Part shown: piece by piece, positions 7,507-17,085 of the stretch | Layout of the letters: each line of letters begins with the position of its first letter | Position numbering within the stretch: the stretch's first letter is position 1 | From: Oligoflexia bacterium | GTDB taxonomy: Bacteria; Bdellovibrionota; UBA1018; CAIPTA01 | DNA: 64,000 nt | Assembly (NCBI GenBank): GCA_903867855.1 | Contig: CAIPTA010000064.1 | Span: 4,965 to 68,964, forward strand | Reading direction: 5' to 3' | Made by a program: the position numbers and the translations under genes | Notes under the pieces: generated by a model | What the model saw: the letters and a program-made list of their open reading frames with translations, nothing else | Told to the model about the DNA's origin: nothing | The model's database searches: none

Positions 7507-7734
7507 TTTTCTTAAGGCGCGGTGCGCATTAACTTAATTCTAGAGTGATCTCCTATTGATGGCAGCATTCGAGAAAACGCTGACACTATGCTGACAGTCA
7601 CAGGCTACAAACAGATCGCTCAGTATCTCTCGGTATCGTTCGCGTCATTCCCAAGTTGTTGTTTTTGTTTAATTCTGCTGGAAGATCATGCGGTTACAAA
7701 GTGGGTTTCTTGCCCCCGCACGCTCCGCCAACTT

Positions 7735-7768
7735 AAAAAAAACCTCAGCCTTTGGCTGGGGTTTTTTT
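7735..7768. terminator. bidirectional rho-independent terminator
   Basis: A8 run (7735-7742), stem CCTCAGCC / GGCTGGGG (7743-7750 / 7754-7761, one G-U pair, 3-nt loop), then a T7 run (7762-7768). It lies between the convergent cassette and the VIT gene. Confidence 0.6.
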
Positions 7769-7825
7769 ATTTCTGCTATAGGTCTTGCGGGCAGTTCGAG
7801 AAGCCGCCTGCAAAGCGCGCCGGAT

Positions 7826-8527
7826 TTAAACAACTGTGCCAAAAAGCGCACCAATTCCCGCCGTAATTCCCATGGCCAGTGCTCCCCAAAATCCCACGCG
7901 GAGGGCGCCTCGCCATGCGCTAGCTCCTCCAACCCGCGCTGCGAGTATTCCCAGTAGTACTAAGAATACTATGGAGGCTGAGGAAACTAGCTCGATGAGA
8001 TATCGAGGTGGAGAGAGAAGAACTAAGAGTAGCGGCAGGGCTGCTCCCGCAGAAAAAGATCCCGCCGAAGCAAAAGCCGCTTGGATGGGGCGAGCGCTCA
8101 AAGTATCGGTGATACCGAGTTCATCTCTGGCGTGACTGCCAAGAGCATCGTGGATCATTAACTGTTCTGCTACTTTTTTGGCGAGCGCTGCTTCGATTCC
8201 TCTCCTAACATAGATCTGAGCGAGCTCTTCTGTTTCGAATTCTGTATTAGAAGCAAGCTCCAGTTTTTCCCTAGCCAAATCTGCTTGCTCCGTATCTGCT
8301 TGGGAGCTTACGGAAACATATTCACCCGAAGCCATCGACATCGCTCCCGCCGTGAGGCCAGCTATGCCAGTGAGTAATATAGTGTGGGGGGAAGAGTGTG
8401 CTGCTGCCACTCCCACAATCAGGCTCGCCGTGGAAACGATGCCATCGTTAGCGCCAAGCACTGCCGCTCGAAGCCAGCCAATTCTTGCAGATCGATGGGC
8501 TTCGGGAAGCATGGTTGAATTTGTCAT
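7826..8527 (-). CDS. VIT1/CCC1-family iron/manganese transporter
   Basis: WLRAAVLGANDGIVSTASLIVGVAAA plus C-terminal TM helices. I prefer the ATG at 8527, which forms an ATGA overlap with the nnrD stop. The track start at 8551 is the alternative. Confidence 0.8.
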   Translation of the reverse strand: MTNSTMLPEAHRSARIGWLRAAVLGANDGIVSTASLIVGVAAAHSSPHTILLTGIAGLTAGAMSMASGEYVSVSSQADTEQADLAREKLELASNTEFETEELAQIYVRRGIEAALAKKVAEQLMIHDALGSHARDELGITDTLSARPIQAAFASAGSFSAGAALPLLLVLLSPPRYLIELVSSASIVFLVLLGILAARVGGASAWRGALRVGFWGALAMGITAGIGALFGTVV

Positions 8528-9444
8528 AGTGTAGATCCGATCGCCTGACAATGCGCAATCGCCTGCGGCAAACGATGAATAATATCCATTGCGATTAATC
8601 CACTTGCTCCGCCCTGAGCTGCTGCTGCAATGTCTCCTGCCATGCCATGAAGGAAAACGCCTGCCGCAGCCGCGGGGAGTGGTTCGAGATCCTGGGCAAC
8701 TAGCGCTGCGATCACGCCGCTTAATACATCTCCAGTGCCGCCACTTGCCATACCTGGATTGCCACTAGTATTGGTGTAGAGCGGACTGTGCGTTGTGCTA
8801 ATCAAAGTATGAAATCCTTTTAGTAAAACCACACAGGCATAATTTTTTACGGCACTCGTGATCGCCTCCACACGGTGCTCCTGTACAAATTCTGTTTTCC
8901 AATCGAGGAGTTGGCCCATTTCTCCTGGATGTGGAGTGAGAATCGTGGCGGCCTTTCTGCTCTGAATGCGCGAGGCACCTCGATCTACTTCTTGCGATAA
9001 GGCAGTGAGAGCGTCAGCATCCACCACAAGGGGAACGGGGCAGCGAGTGATAAATTCACGTACAAAATAGAAAATCTCTTCGCCGATTCCTAGGCCTGGC
9101 CCAAGCACCACCACGCTCGCCTTTTTGGAGAGTGAAAGAGCAGCTTCTAAAGAATCCTTTCCAAATGTACGAGTGCTCGGCGGTACTAATCCCTGCGCCA
9201 TCACTACGGGGGAAATACGAGCCATAACTGAGGCTGTAATACTAGATGGCACCGCGAGGGAAACGAGGCCCGCTCCCGCTCTGCATGCCGCTTCTGCCAC
9301 GAGTATCGGAGCTCCTTCGAACCCACGAGAGCCGGCAAGGGCGAGAACGTGTCCGAATGTTCCCTTATTGATATCGCGGCCATTCAAGCGCTTCGGCAGC
9401 CAATGCTGCACATCCTCGGCTCGTAGAAAAATCGTATTGCCCAT
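8524..9444 (-). CDS. nnrD: ADP-dependent NAD(P)H-hydrate dehydratase
   Basis: KGTFGHVLALAGS..., DADAL and GGTGDVLSGVIAAL are YjeF C-terminal carbohydrate-kinase motifs. Confidence 0.85.
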   Translation of the reverse strand: MGNTIFLRAEDVQHWLPKRLNGRDINKGTFGHVLALAGSRGFEGAPILVAEAACRAGAGLVSLAVPSSITASVMARISPVVMAQGLVPPSTRTFGKDSLEAALSLSKKASVVVLGPGLGIGEEIFYFVREFITRCPVPLVVDADALTALSQEVDRGASRIQSRKAATILTPHPGEMGQLLDWKTEFVQEHRVEAITSAVKNYACVVLLKGFHTLISTTHSPLYTNTSGNPGMASGGTGDVLSGVIAALVAQDLEPLPAAAAGVFLHGMAGDIAAAAQGGASGLIAMDIIHRLPQAIAHCQAIGSTL

Positions 9445-9560
9445 TCTACAGAAACTGCAAGAAAGAGCCCAATCGATTGGTTCGCTATATGCAGGCTAGG
9501 CTTTCAAGTAAAAATAACGAGGCATATTTCCTCCTCCAAGAAACTAAAGGACTCCAAACC

Positions 9561-10946
9561 ATGGCCTACCAAAGTATCAATCCAGCCACAGGCAAAACGC
9601 TGAAAACTTTCGAAGAACTAAGCGATAAGCAGGTGGAGCAGAAAATTGCCGCTGCCGCTGCATGTTTTCAAGACTGGAAAGCGAAATCCTATGCAGAGCG
9701 CGCAGTGGTAGTAAATAAAGTAGCTGCGTTATTGAAAGCCAACCTAGATAAGTTTGCCACGCATGCAACCCAGGAAATGGGAAAATTACGGAAAGAAGCA
9801 CGCGATGAAGTAAGCTTCAGTGCAGAAATTTTGAGTTACTATGCGAAGAACAGTGAAAAATTTTTGGAACCGGTAAAGCTGAATCCAACCCAAGGAGAAG
9901 CGCATATGGAGAGCAGTCCGATTGGCATCATCTTTGGAGTGCAGCCTTGGAATTTTCCTTACTATCAACTAGCGCGCATCGCAGGCCCGCACATCATGGC
10001 CGGAAATACCTTACTAGTGAAACATGCTGCTTGTGTTCCCCAATGCTCTATCGAATTTGAAAAACTATGGATCGAGGCCGGTGCTCCCCAAGGGCTTTAT
10101 ACCAATTTGCTAATTACTCATGAACAGTCGGAAAAAATTGTAGATGATCCACGTATAAAAGGAGTGGCACTTACAGGCAGTGTGGCCGCGGGCCGCACGA
10201 TCTCGGCAAGAGCTGGCAAAAATGTAAAAGTATCTTCGATGGAGCTAGGTGGATCTGATGCCTTCATTGTATTGGAAGATGCTGAGTTAGAGAAAACGGT
10301 AGCATGGGCCGTTTGGGGGCGCATGTTCAATGCTGGCCAAACTTGCTGCGCTTCGAAACGCTTCATCGTGGTGGAAGAAATCGCCGATGCATTTCTCGCA
10401 AAATTTAAAACAGCGCTCGAGGCTCTTGTAGCAGGGGATCCGATGGAAGAGAAAACAACCCATGGACCACTATCGAGTGAAGCTGCGCTTCAACTTTTAC
10501 TCAAGCAGGTGGATATGGCCGTGGCAAACGGCGCAAAAGTAGTGCTCGGTGGCAAGCGCTTAGATCGGGATGGCTCCTATATGCAGGCCACTATCTTAAC
10601 GGATATAAAATCAGATAACCCCGCCTTTCGAGATGAATTTTTTGGTCCCGTTGCAATGTTTTTCCGCGTAAAAGATGAAGCAGAGGCGATCGCCCTTGCG
10701 AATAACTCCGACTTTGGTTTGGGCGGATCTGTGTTCACGAAAGATGTAGAGAGAGGCAAACGAGTTGCGAGTGCGGTTGATACGGGGATGATGTTTATCA
10801 ACAATATCGATTGGGCCGATGCGGAACTGCCCTTTGGTGGGATTAAAAATTCTGGGTATGGACGCGAGCTGGGCAATATGGGTATTCAAGCTTTTGTAAA
10901 TAAAAAACTGATTCGCATACACGATATGGCAGCGCCGTTGGTCTAG
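9561..10946 (+). CDS. NAD(P)+-dependent aldehyde dehydrogenase (succinate-semialdehyde dehydrogenase-like)
   Basis: MAYQSINPATGK..., FPYYQ, MELGGSDA and GQTCCASKRF (catalytic Cys). The start was moved to the ATG at 9561. The track ORF starts at an upstream TTG (9477). Confidence 0.85.
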   Translation: MAYQSINPATGKTLKTFEELSDKQVEQKIAAAAACFQDWKAKSYAERAVVVNKVAALLKANLDKFATHATQEMGKLRKEARDEVSFSAEILSYYAKNSEKFLEPVKLNPTQGEAHMESSPIGIIFGVQPWNFPYYQLARIAGPHIMAGNTLLVKHAACVPQCSIEFEKLWIEAGAPQGLYTNLLITHEQSEKIVDDPRIKGVALTGSVAAGRTISARAGKNVKVSSMELGGSDAFIVLEDAELEKTVAWAVWGRMFNAGQTCCASKRFIVVEEIADAFLAKFKTALEALVAGDPMEEKTTHGPLSSEAALQLLLKQVDMAVANGAKVVLGGKRLDRDGSYMQATILTDIKSDNPAFRDEFFGPVAMFFRVKDEAEAIALANNSDFGLGGSVFTKDVERGKRVASAVDTGMMFINNIDWADAELPFGGIKNSGYGRELGNMGIQAFVNKKLIRIHDMAAPLV

Positions 10947-10947
10947 A

Positions 10948-12006
10948 CTATTTTTTTAAAAACGATAGCACTTCGTCTGCCACGATCACGGAGCCCGCGC
11001 TTCCCCAATGAGTATCGTTGGGAAGATAAACATCCTTCGCGCCGCTTTGAATCGCATTTTTTAGCGGGAGATCGAGCCTGATCAAATGTAATTTTGGATC
11101 TTGAGCTATTTTCTCAACGCTATTGGGCATTCGATCGCTGGGAGCTAAGAAATCAGAGTACGCAGTACTTTTATCCGGAGCAATTATCAAAGCAAAATGA
11201 GTAAAAGAGTTGGATTCTACAGCCGCCTGAATCTGTAGAAGACGGCAATCTATCGCCTGCCAATCTGAGGGAGCCCAATCTTTTTTTAGAAAATCACCGT
11301 CGGTAAGTAAAATTTCAGAAGAACGGAGATTCGTAAATAGATCCGCTTTCGAAATTGGTAATTTTACGATGGTGCTTGGATCGCGATTTGTGATCTTTCG
11401 ATAGAGATTTTTCCACAAGTAATCGATGGTTTCTCCCGGTAAGTTATCGTGCCAGCCGGTTTTCGCCGCGCGCTTTTCTGAAACGGGCTCTAGATTTTTG
11501 GTCTTTAGCGAAAGCTGTAGTTTGGTTTTTAATTCAGGCTGGGTAGAGGGGCACTCCGATCCGATAGAGAAAAATTTATTTTTCAATTGGCGCTCTACAT
11601 ACTCGAGAATCACGAGTTTCGGCGGGTGACGCGTGAAAGTTTCCTTCTGTAAAAATTCTTCAAGTTTCGGAGGCTCCACATTGAATACTCCGATTTTGGC
11701 GTCGATTTTTTGTGCCAGAAAATCTGTCCAAAAACCACCATACTGTGTTTGGCGATCGGGAGAAGTGCGAAGGCTAAAAGAATCGCCTAGGATAATGATA
11801 TCGTAGCTCCCGCCCTCCACGCCCTCTTCCGCTAGAGAAGCGGTAAACTTTTTTTGTAGACCATTCCAACCGAAATCATTTTCGGAGTAACCACCAACCC
11901 TCGTCATATCGCCCTTCAATTCCTGGAGTCTCCAGCCGAAGCTGAGCACTAGCAACGCAAGCAATAGTAGGGGCGAGAGTATGAAAGCGATATACTTACG
12001 ATGCAT
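10948..12006 (-). CDS. periplasmic SGNH/AlgJ-AlgX/DHHW-like acyl-transfer partner of MBOAT
   Basis: Signal anchor MHRKYIAFILSPLLLLALLVL, GDS block IIILGDSFS, and C-terminal LPNDTHWGSAG (DxHW). ATG at 12006, 8 nt after the MBOAT stop. Confidence 0.7.
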   Translation of the reverse strand: MHRKYIAFILSPLLLLALLVLSFGWRLQELKGDMTRVGGYSENDFGWNGLQKKFTASLAEEGVEGGSYDIIILGDSFSLRTSPDRQTQYGGFWTDFLAQKIDAKIGVFNVEPPKLEEFLQKETFTRHPPKLVILEYVERQLKNKFFSIGSECPSTQPELKTKLQLSLKTKNLEPVSEKRAAKTGWHDNLPGETIDYLWKNLYRKITNRDPSTIVKLPISKADLFTNLRSSEILLTDGDFLKKDWAPSDWQAIDCRLLQIQAAVESNSFTHFALIIAPDKSTAYSDFLAPSDRMPNSVEKIAQDPKLHLIRLDLPLKNAIQSGAKDVYLPNDTHWGSAGSVIVADEVLSFLKK

Positions 12007-12014
12007 AGGGGCTC

Positions 12015-13484
12015 CTAAAACTGAAAGTATAAAAACTGGCTGATACGAGTCATGTAATAAAGAGAAACTAGGAGCGCGCTGAGAGTGGGAATGGCCCAAA
12101 GGAGATTGGCGCGCCAGCACTTTTCCATCACTTCATGTAGGTTCGGTAGAAAGAGTGCGATCGCCATTAGCCCGATAATCCAACGTAAAGCTTCTGGTAG
12201 GGTGGCATGCTCACCGAGAGAGATATCGGCGAAGCGGACCCCAAGGCTTGCTAGGCGATCCAGGTGAGTGTGGAGATGGGCGCCAATGGCATTAGGAAGC
12301 ACGATGCCCTGCATGCCAAACATGGTGCGCAGTATGTGAAGCGCAGTATGCATATCCGCAGCGCGAAAAAATACCCAGGCGATGAGAACAGCGAAAAAGG
12401 TGAGAGCCCAAGAAATAAAATGATTGAAGGAGATTTTTAGATACTGAGCGGCATGATTGATCATCAAGTAGCAGCCGTGCAAAAGGCCCCACACTAAGAA
12501 GGTCCAACCGGCGCCATGCCAAAGCCCACCGAGAGCCATAGTGATGATGAGATTGGTATAGCGACTCATTTGTCCCTTACGATTTCCTCCCAAGGGAACA
12601 TAGAGATAATCGCGTAGGAAGCGGGAAAGAGTCATATGCCAGCGCCGCCAAAACTCCACGATGCTTTTCGATTTATAGGGAGAATCAAAGTTGGCAGGCA
12701 AATTGATATTGAACATGCGGGAGATGCCAATGGCCATATCGGTATAGCCGGAAAAATCGAAGTAGATTTGCATGGCATAGGCGAGCGCTCCCACCCAAGC
12801 AGTAAGAAAGTTTAGCTGGCTCGCATTCGTTTGCGAGAATGCATAATCAGCATAGCGACTAATCGAATCAGCGAGCATCACTTTCTTGAAAAGACCAAAA
12901 CTAAATATAGTGATACCAGTGGAGATCGATTCGGCTCGAAGCGTATACGTATCTTTGCGAGCAAACTGCGGCATCATCTCTGCGTGGTGCAGGATGGGCC
13001 CGGCGATCAAATGGGGAAAATAAGTAACAAATAAGAGATAGTGGGGGAAATAGGCTTCCTCGGCTTTGCCGCGGGCGGTATCTACTAAGAAGGCAATCTG
13101 AGTAAAAGTATAAAATGAAATTCCGATCGGCAGAGCGATATTCTGCCACGCGAACTGCATGCCCGTTACGAAGGCAAAGCTATGCACGAAAAAATTAACA
13201 TACTTAAAGTAGCCAAGCGTAAGAAGGTTTAGGGTAACGGCCAGAGCTAAGAGCGGCTTTGAGTTTGGCCCTTGCTTGCGGAGATGCATCCCAAAAGAAT
13301 AATTAACAAGAATCGACAATAGTAAAATGGAGGTAAAATGCCAATCCCACCAAGAGTAAAATAGAAGCGAGGCGAGCCCAAGCCAGAGAGCGGCGAGTTT
13401 TTGGCTCACACGAGCGATGAAGAAAAAACCGAAAAATGCGATCGGCAAAAAGACAAATAAGAAGGAATAAGAGTTAAACAGCAT
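12015..13484 (-). CDS. MBOAT-family membrane O-acyltransferase (AlgI/DltB-like)
   Basis: SISFYTFTQIAFLVD, EFWRRWHMTLSRFLRDYLYVPLGGNR and GLWHGAGW, including the invariant His. Confidence 0.9.
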   Translation of the reverse strand: MLFNSYSFLFVFLPIAFFGFFFIARVSQKLAALWLGLASLLFYSWWDWHFTSILLLSILVNYSFGMHLRKQGPNSKPLLALAVTLNLLTLGYFKYVNFFVHSFAFVTGMQFAWQNIALPIGISFYTFTQIAFLVDTARGKAEEAYFPHYLLFVTYFPHLIAGPILHHAEMMPQFARKDTYTLRAESISTGITIFSFGLFKKVMLADSISRYADYAFSQTNASQLNFLTAWVGALAYAMQIYFDFSGYTDMAIGISRMFNINLPANFDSPYKSKSIVEFWRRWHMTLSRFLRDYLYVPLGGNRKGQMSRYTNLIITMALGGLWHGAGWTFLVWGLLHGCYLMINHAAQYLKISFNHFISWALTFFAVLIAWVFFRAADMHTALHILRTMFGMQGIVLPNAIGAHLHTHLDRLASLGVRFADISLGEHATLPEALRWIIGLMAIALFLPNLHEVMEKCWRANLLWAIPTLSALLVSLYYMTRISQFLYFQF

Positions 13485-14501
13485 CTATGATCGTGCAAAT
13501 CCAAAATACAAACCTAGGATCATGCGACTCCCCACCTTAAAGGCGCGGCTATTATTCACATTTCCTCCTTTACTCTGGCCCACTCGCGGATAAAAAGTAA
13601 TAGGGCATTCCACTAGCACTTCACTTCGGGAAAGGGCTGTATCGAGAAAGTGGGCATTGAACTCTAAATTAACTCGCGGATCGAGGTAGGGCATAATCCG
13701 CTCCAGTGCTTCCCGACGGCAGAGCTTATAAGTAGTGCCCACATCAGTGAATGTGCCTTTACCGAGATGTTTAATCTCTAGCAGCTTGCCCACGAAAAAA
13801 TTCCCATAGTACATGAAGGTGCTTAGTTGAGTGTGATTGGCGCGGAGTTGCTCCACGATGCGCGTACCATTCACAATGGTGGCGTGAGGAATATAGGCGA
13901 GGAATTTATCGATGTCATGGGCACGGAAGGTCATATCGCCTTCGCACAAAAGGATTAGATCTGTATCTTTTCGATTCAAACCCTCTTGGAAGCAGCGGTA
14001 AACGCATTGACCGTAGCCAGGCTTTAGTTCATTGAATACGATGGCGCCGGCTTTTTCTGCGGCAGCAAAAGTGCCATCACTGCTATTATTACTCACCACG
14101 ATCACATTTTTTACAGCAGGATGATTTTTAAAATCCTGTACTGCGGGACCAATGCTCTCCTCATCGTTATAGGCGGTGAGCACAACGGTGAGCTCTCGCG
14201 ATTTAGGAATTTCATAGGCGACGTTACGCCCCGTTCTTTTGATGGGGTAGAGAATGAAAAGGTCAAAAGCGCAAAGCAGGCCGCCAAAGATGAGCAGAAA
14301 ACTACTGATGGCCAAGATCGCATTCGGAATGGTGCTGCTTAAGTGAAACGCAGGGAATGCCGTGAACATTTCTAGGAGATGTAAAAATATTCCTGCCAAG
14401 AGCAGCGCAAAGCCATAGAGAAAGGGAGTCCAGTTCGTGTGTTTTTTATTCTTATGTAAGGAGATACCATTCTCCACATTTTCCGTTAGTGTTTGGCTCA
14501 T
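13485..14501 (-). CDS. family-2 glycosyltransferase with N-terminal TM helices
   Basis: LTVVLTAYNDEESIGPAV...VIVVSNNSSDGT...EGDMTF (GT-A DxD-like). It directly abuts the MBOAT gene. Confidence 0.85.
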   Translation of the reverse strand: MSQTLTENVENGISLHKNKKHTNWTPFLYGFALLLAGIFLHLLEMFTAFPAFHLSSTIPNAILAISSFLLIFGGLLCAFDLFILYPIKRTGRNVAYEIPKSRELTVVLTAYNDEESIGPAVQDFKNHPAVKNVIVVSNNSSDGTFAAAEKAGAIVFNELKPGYGQCVYRCFQEGLNRKDTDLILLCEGDMTFRAHDIDKFLAYIPHATIVNGTRIVEQLRANHTQLSTFMYYGNFFVGKLLEIKHLGKGTFTDVGTTYKLCRREALERIMPYLDPRVNLEFNAHFLDTALSRSEVLVECPITFYPRVGQSKGGNVNNSRAFKVGSRMILGLYFGFARS

Positions 14502-15934
14502 GGTTTCGTGGACTCCTGCATTCTAGAGGACAAAAATCGTTTAAACGCTATCGCGCAAAGTATGAGTATAGGAATTACCACCTGAATGGCCATAAAATAA
14601 TATCCACCTTGTTTCATTGTGATCCAGCCTGCATTTCGAAGCACAGAAACTGGCGCACCGTATCTGGAAAAAAGAGGGAGGATGATAAAAAAGAAAAGGC
14701 TCCAAGGCCCGTCTAGTAATGCTGCGGCGGACAATGGCATATCAGGGTACCAGGGCCAAAATCGTTTCGAGTTAATAAATAGATAGCTAGTGCTGATTCC
14801 AAGGTAGGCACGGGCTAAATCCTTGAACGTTTTTACCTTCATGCTGATCCAAAGAACAAGGAGCACAAAGCCAATATCTACGATGACGGTGGAGATTCTT
14901 GCTGGATAGGGTGCCTTCATCACATAGCCGAGGCTTCGCTCTATCCAGTACGAGAGGGTGACTTGGGATTTTTCTCGCATACCGAGCACACCGTCAAAGC
15001 AGTGAATTCCCGCCGACCAAAAGGGGAGGTAGAGAACGATGGTGGTGAATGCACAGAGGGCGACGAGAAAAAGTAGTTTTTTGAAAAACGCGGGATTCGG
15101 TTTGGAGTTTCGCAAAGTGAATACTGCGAAGGCTGGAAAATAGATGAGCGGCAAAAATTTGCAGAGCACGCCGATCCACAAGGCAAACAAGCTGCGCATC
15201 AGCTTGTTTCGGGACGCAAAATAGAGCGCAACGAGTATGAAGAAGATCATCCAGATATCGTTGTGCCCTTCAAACGCGATCTCCACGAGGATGAGCGGAT
15301 TCCAAAGAAAGGCTAAGGCCAGCCACTTGTATCGGCTTGGATCTAAGATTTTCGCAATTTTTGAAATGAGCCAGGTGCAACCAAAAATCGCCGCGCATAC
15401 ACCTAACTTTAGAACAATGGCGGCCACGCCCACATTCGGAGAAATATGAAACGCGAACCACTCGAATAAACTCCAAATTGGCCCATAGGGCGTGACGCTT
15501 GTTACGGGAACCGCGCCGAGTTGAGCGAACTCTGAGGCAATCGGAAATTTAGCAATATCAGCTGCCATGTGAAGATAGGTATTATCTCCAGGAAGATCAC
15601 TAAAGAATCCAGAGCTGATATAGGACCACAAATCATCGGAAAAAACAGGGCGGCAAAAAATAGCGAAAATGCAGATCAGAAGGGGAACTAGCCAAAGCAC
15701 TTTTTCTGTAAAGGAATCTTTGAGCGCAAGCTCGATGCCTGTTTTAAAGAGCCAAAAATACAAGCCAAAAATGATGGCGGTTATGATCGCGTAGCTCAGG
15801 ATCATCATTCTTTCGAAACTAAGCTCATTCACACCTGGGAGTACAAGGAACTCCTTTTGCACAAAATAGACAACAATATAAAGCGCGAGACTGAGGAGCG
15901 CCGCAAGGCTTGATTTACTGAAAAGCTTGGTCAT
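14498..15934 (-). CDS. polytopic membrane protein, putative GT-C-type glycosyltransferase (DUF2029/GT87-like)
   Basis: At least 10 predicted TM segments. An acidic first-loop motif FSDDLWSYISSGFF is typical of GT-C enzymes. 4-nt overlap with the GT2 gene. Confidence 0.5.
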   Translation of the reverse strand: MTKLFSKSSLAALLSLALYIVVYFVQKEFLVLPGVNELSFERMMILSYAIITAIIFGLYFWLFKTGIELALKDSFTEKVLWLVPLLICIFAIFCRPVFSDDLWSYISSGFFSDLPGDNTYLHMAADIAKFPIASEFAQLGAVPVTSVTPYGPIWSLFEWFAFHISPNVGVAAIVLKLGVCAAIFGCTWLISKIAKILDPSRYKWLALAFLWNPLILVEIAFEGHNDIWMIFFILVALYFASRNKLMRSLFALWIGVLCKFLPLIYFPAFAVFTLRNSKPNPAFFKKLLFLVALCAFTTIVLYLPFWSAGIHCFDGVLGMREKSQVTLSYWIERSLGYVMKAPYPARISTVIVDIGFVLLVLWISMKVKTFKDLARAYLGISTSYLFINSKRFWPWYPDMPLSAAALLDGPWSLFFFIILPLFSRYGAPVSVLRNAGWITMKQGGYYFMAIQVVIPILILCAIAFKRFLSSRMQESTKP

Positions 15935-16097
15935 GATTTGTCTAGGGCCACATGCTAAACGGCGAAGTGTAAAACCCCAGTTCCTTATTTATAGTGCCTA
16001 TGATGAGGCAGTGAAAGTGGAAAGGCAAGGGCATCTGAGGCTTCCGCCTGTATAGGCAGATTTTTAAAGAAATAGGCTCGTGTAGCCGATCCGATAG

Positions 16098-17042
16098 GTG
16101 GTGAAACTTTTATTAATCCTATTATTGCAGTTAACTTGCTTCGTTGCTTTTGCAGCCGATGACAAAGCCTGCGTAGATGTATCCTCTATGCAGCGTGGCT
16201 TCCCGCAACAAGCTACCCTGAATGCAGCCCAAAAAAAACTCCAACTAGAGATGGAAAAACCATTTACTGGCCTCACTGCAATTCAAGTTCGCAGGGCGGA
16301 GCAGATCACTACCTATTTTGAAAATGGCACCGTAGATTTTAAGTATGACTATATAGAAAACTTGAAGGATGGCCGTGGATTTACCGCTGGTCGAGTGGGG
16401 TTTTGTACAGGAACAGGTGATTTAGTCCAAGTTGTGAATCGATTTTGCAGCCGGGTGAAGACGCCCATCGACAAAATCTGTACGTACTTGCCACGGCTAA
16501 ATCAGATAAACGCACAGTTTCTCAAAACGAAAGATCCAAATCCGGATGTATCTGGCCTAGATGGGTTTGAAGCTGCGTGGGAAGCCGCCGCGAGTAATGT
16601 AGCGTTTCGTCAGGCACAGGATGAGCTTGTAAATGAGTTGTATTTGTTTCCAGCTTTGGATCATGCCAAAAAAATTGGAATACGTTCGCCGCTAGGAAAG
16701 GCGATCTTGTATGACACGATGATAATGCATGGCGATGAGGCAATCGGAGCATCTGCTAAGGATGGAACTTCCGCTTTGATCAAGCGAACGAATGAGATTT
16801 TGAAGTTTAATGGTAAAAATGAAACCGAATGGCTGAAAAAATTTCTCGATGTTCGCCGTGCGGATTTACAAAATCCCTTTAATCACGCCACGCAAGAAGA
16901 GTGGAGCCCCAATGTGTGGCGAGTGGATGAGCTGCGAAAGCTATTCGATTACGATGTAGACCTAGATAAGCCTGCAATACTACATGCTCCTGTAGTTCCA
17001 GGCACAGCCGCACCAGTTCGGCCGCACAACACAACCGATTAA
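16098..17042 (+). CDS. secreted GH46 chitosanase
   Basis: Signal peptide, then AEQITTYFENGTVDFKYDYIENLKDGRGFTAGRVGFCTGTGD, which carries the GH46 catalytic Glu (FENGT) and Asp (DGRG) context. GTG start. Confidence 0.8.
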   Translation: MVKLLLILLLQLTCFVAFAADDKACVDVSSMQRGFPQQATLNAAQKKLQLEMEKPFTGLTAIQVRRAEQITTYFENGTVDFKYDYIENLKDGRGFTAGRVGFCTGTGDLVQVVNRFCSRVKTPIDKICTYLPRLNQINAQFLKTKDPNPDVSGLDGFEAAWEAAASNVAFRQAQDELVNELYLFPALDHAKKIGIRSPLGKAILYDTMIMHGDEAIGASAKDGTSALIKRTNEILKFNGKNETEWLKKFLDVRRADLQNPFNHATQEEWSPNVWRVDELRKLFDYDVDLDKPAILHAPVVPGTAAPVRPHNTTD

Positions 17043-17085
17043 TTTTGCTCTTGTTGGCTGGAGTCGATCTGTCTATAGTGCCTCC

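Noticed and set aside
7588-7957. Three overlapping ORFs (87-92 aa, both strands) in the gap and across the VIT gene 3' end
   Set aside because: They read straight through the bidirectional terminator or overlap the well-supported VIT gene. Their Cys/Ser/Arg-rich translations do not look like proteins.
9477-9560. N-terminal extensions in the ORF track (also 12007-12120, 35762-35812, 45418-45633, 55427-55528, 57451-57516)
   Set aside because: The extensions start at non-ATG codons or overlap neighbouring genes. They precede an internal ATG that matches the conserved family N-terminus or a signal peptide, so I used the shorter starts.
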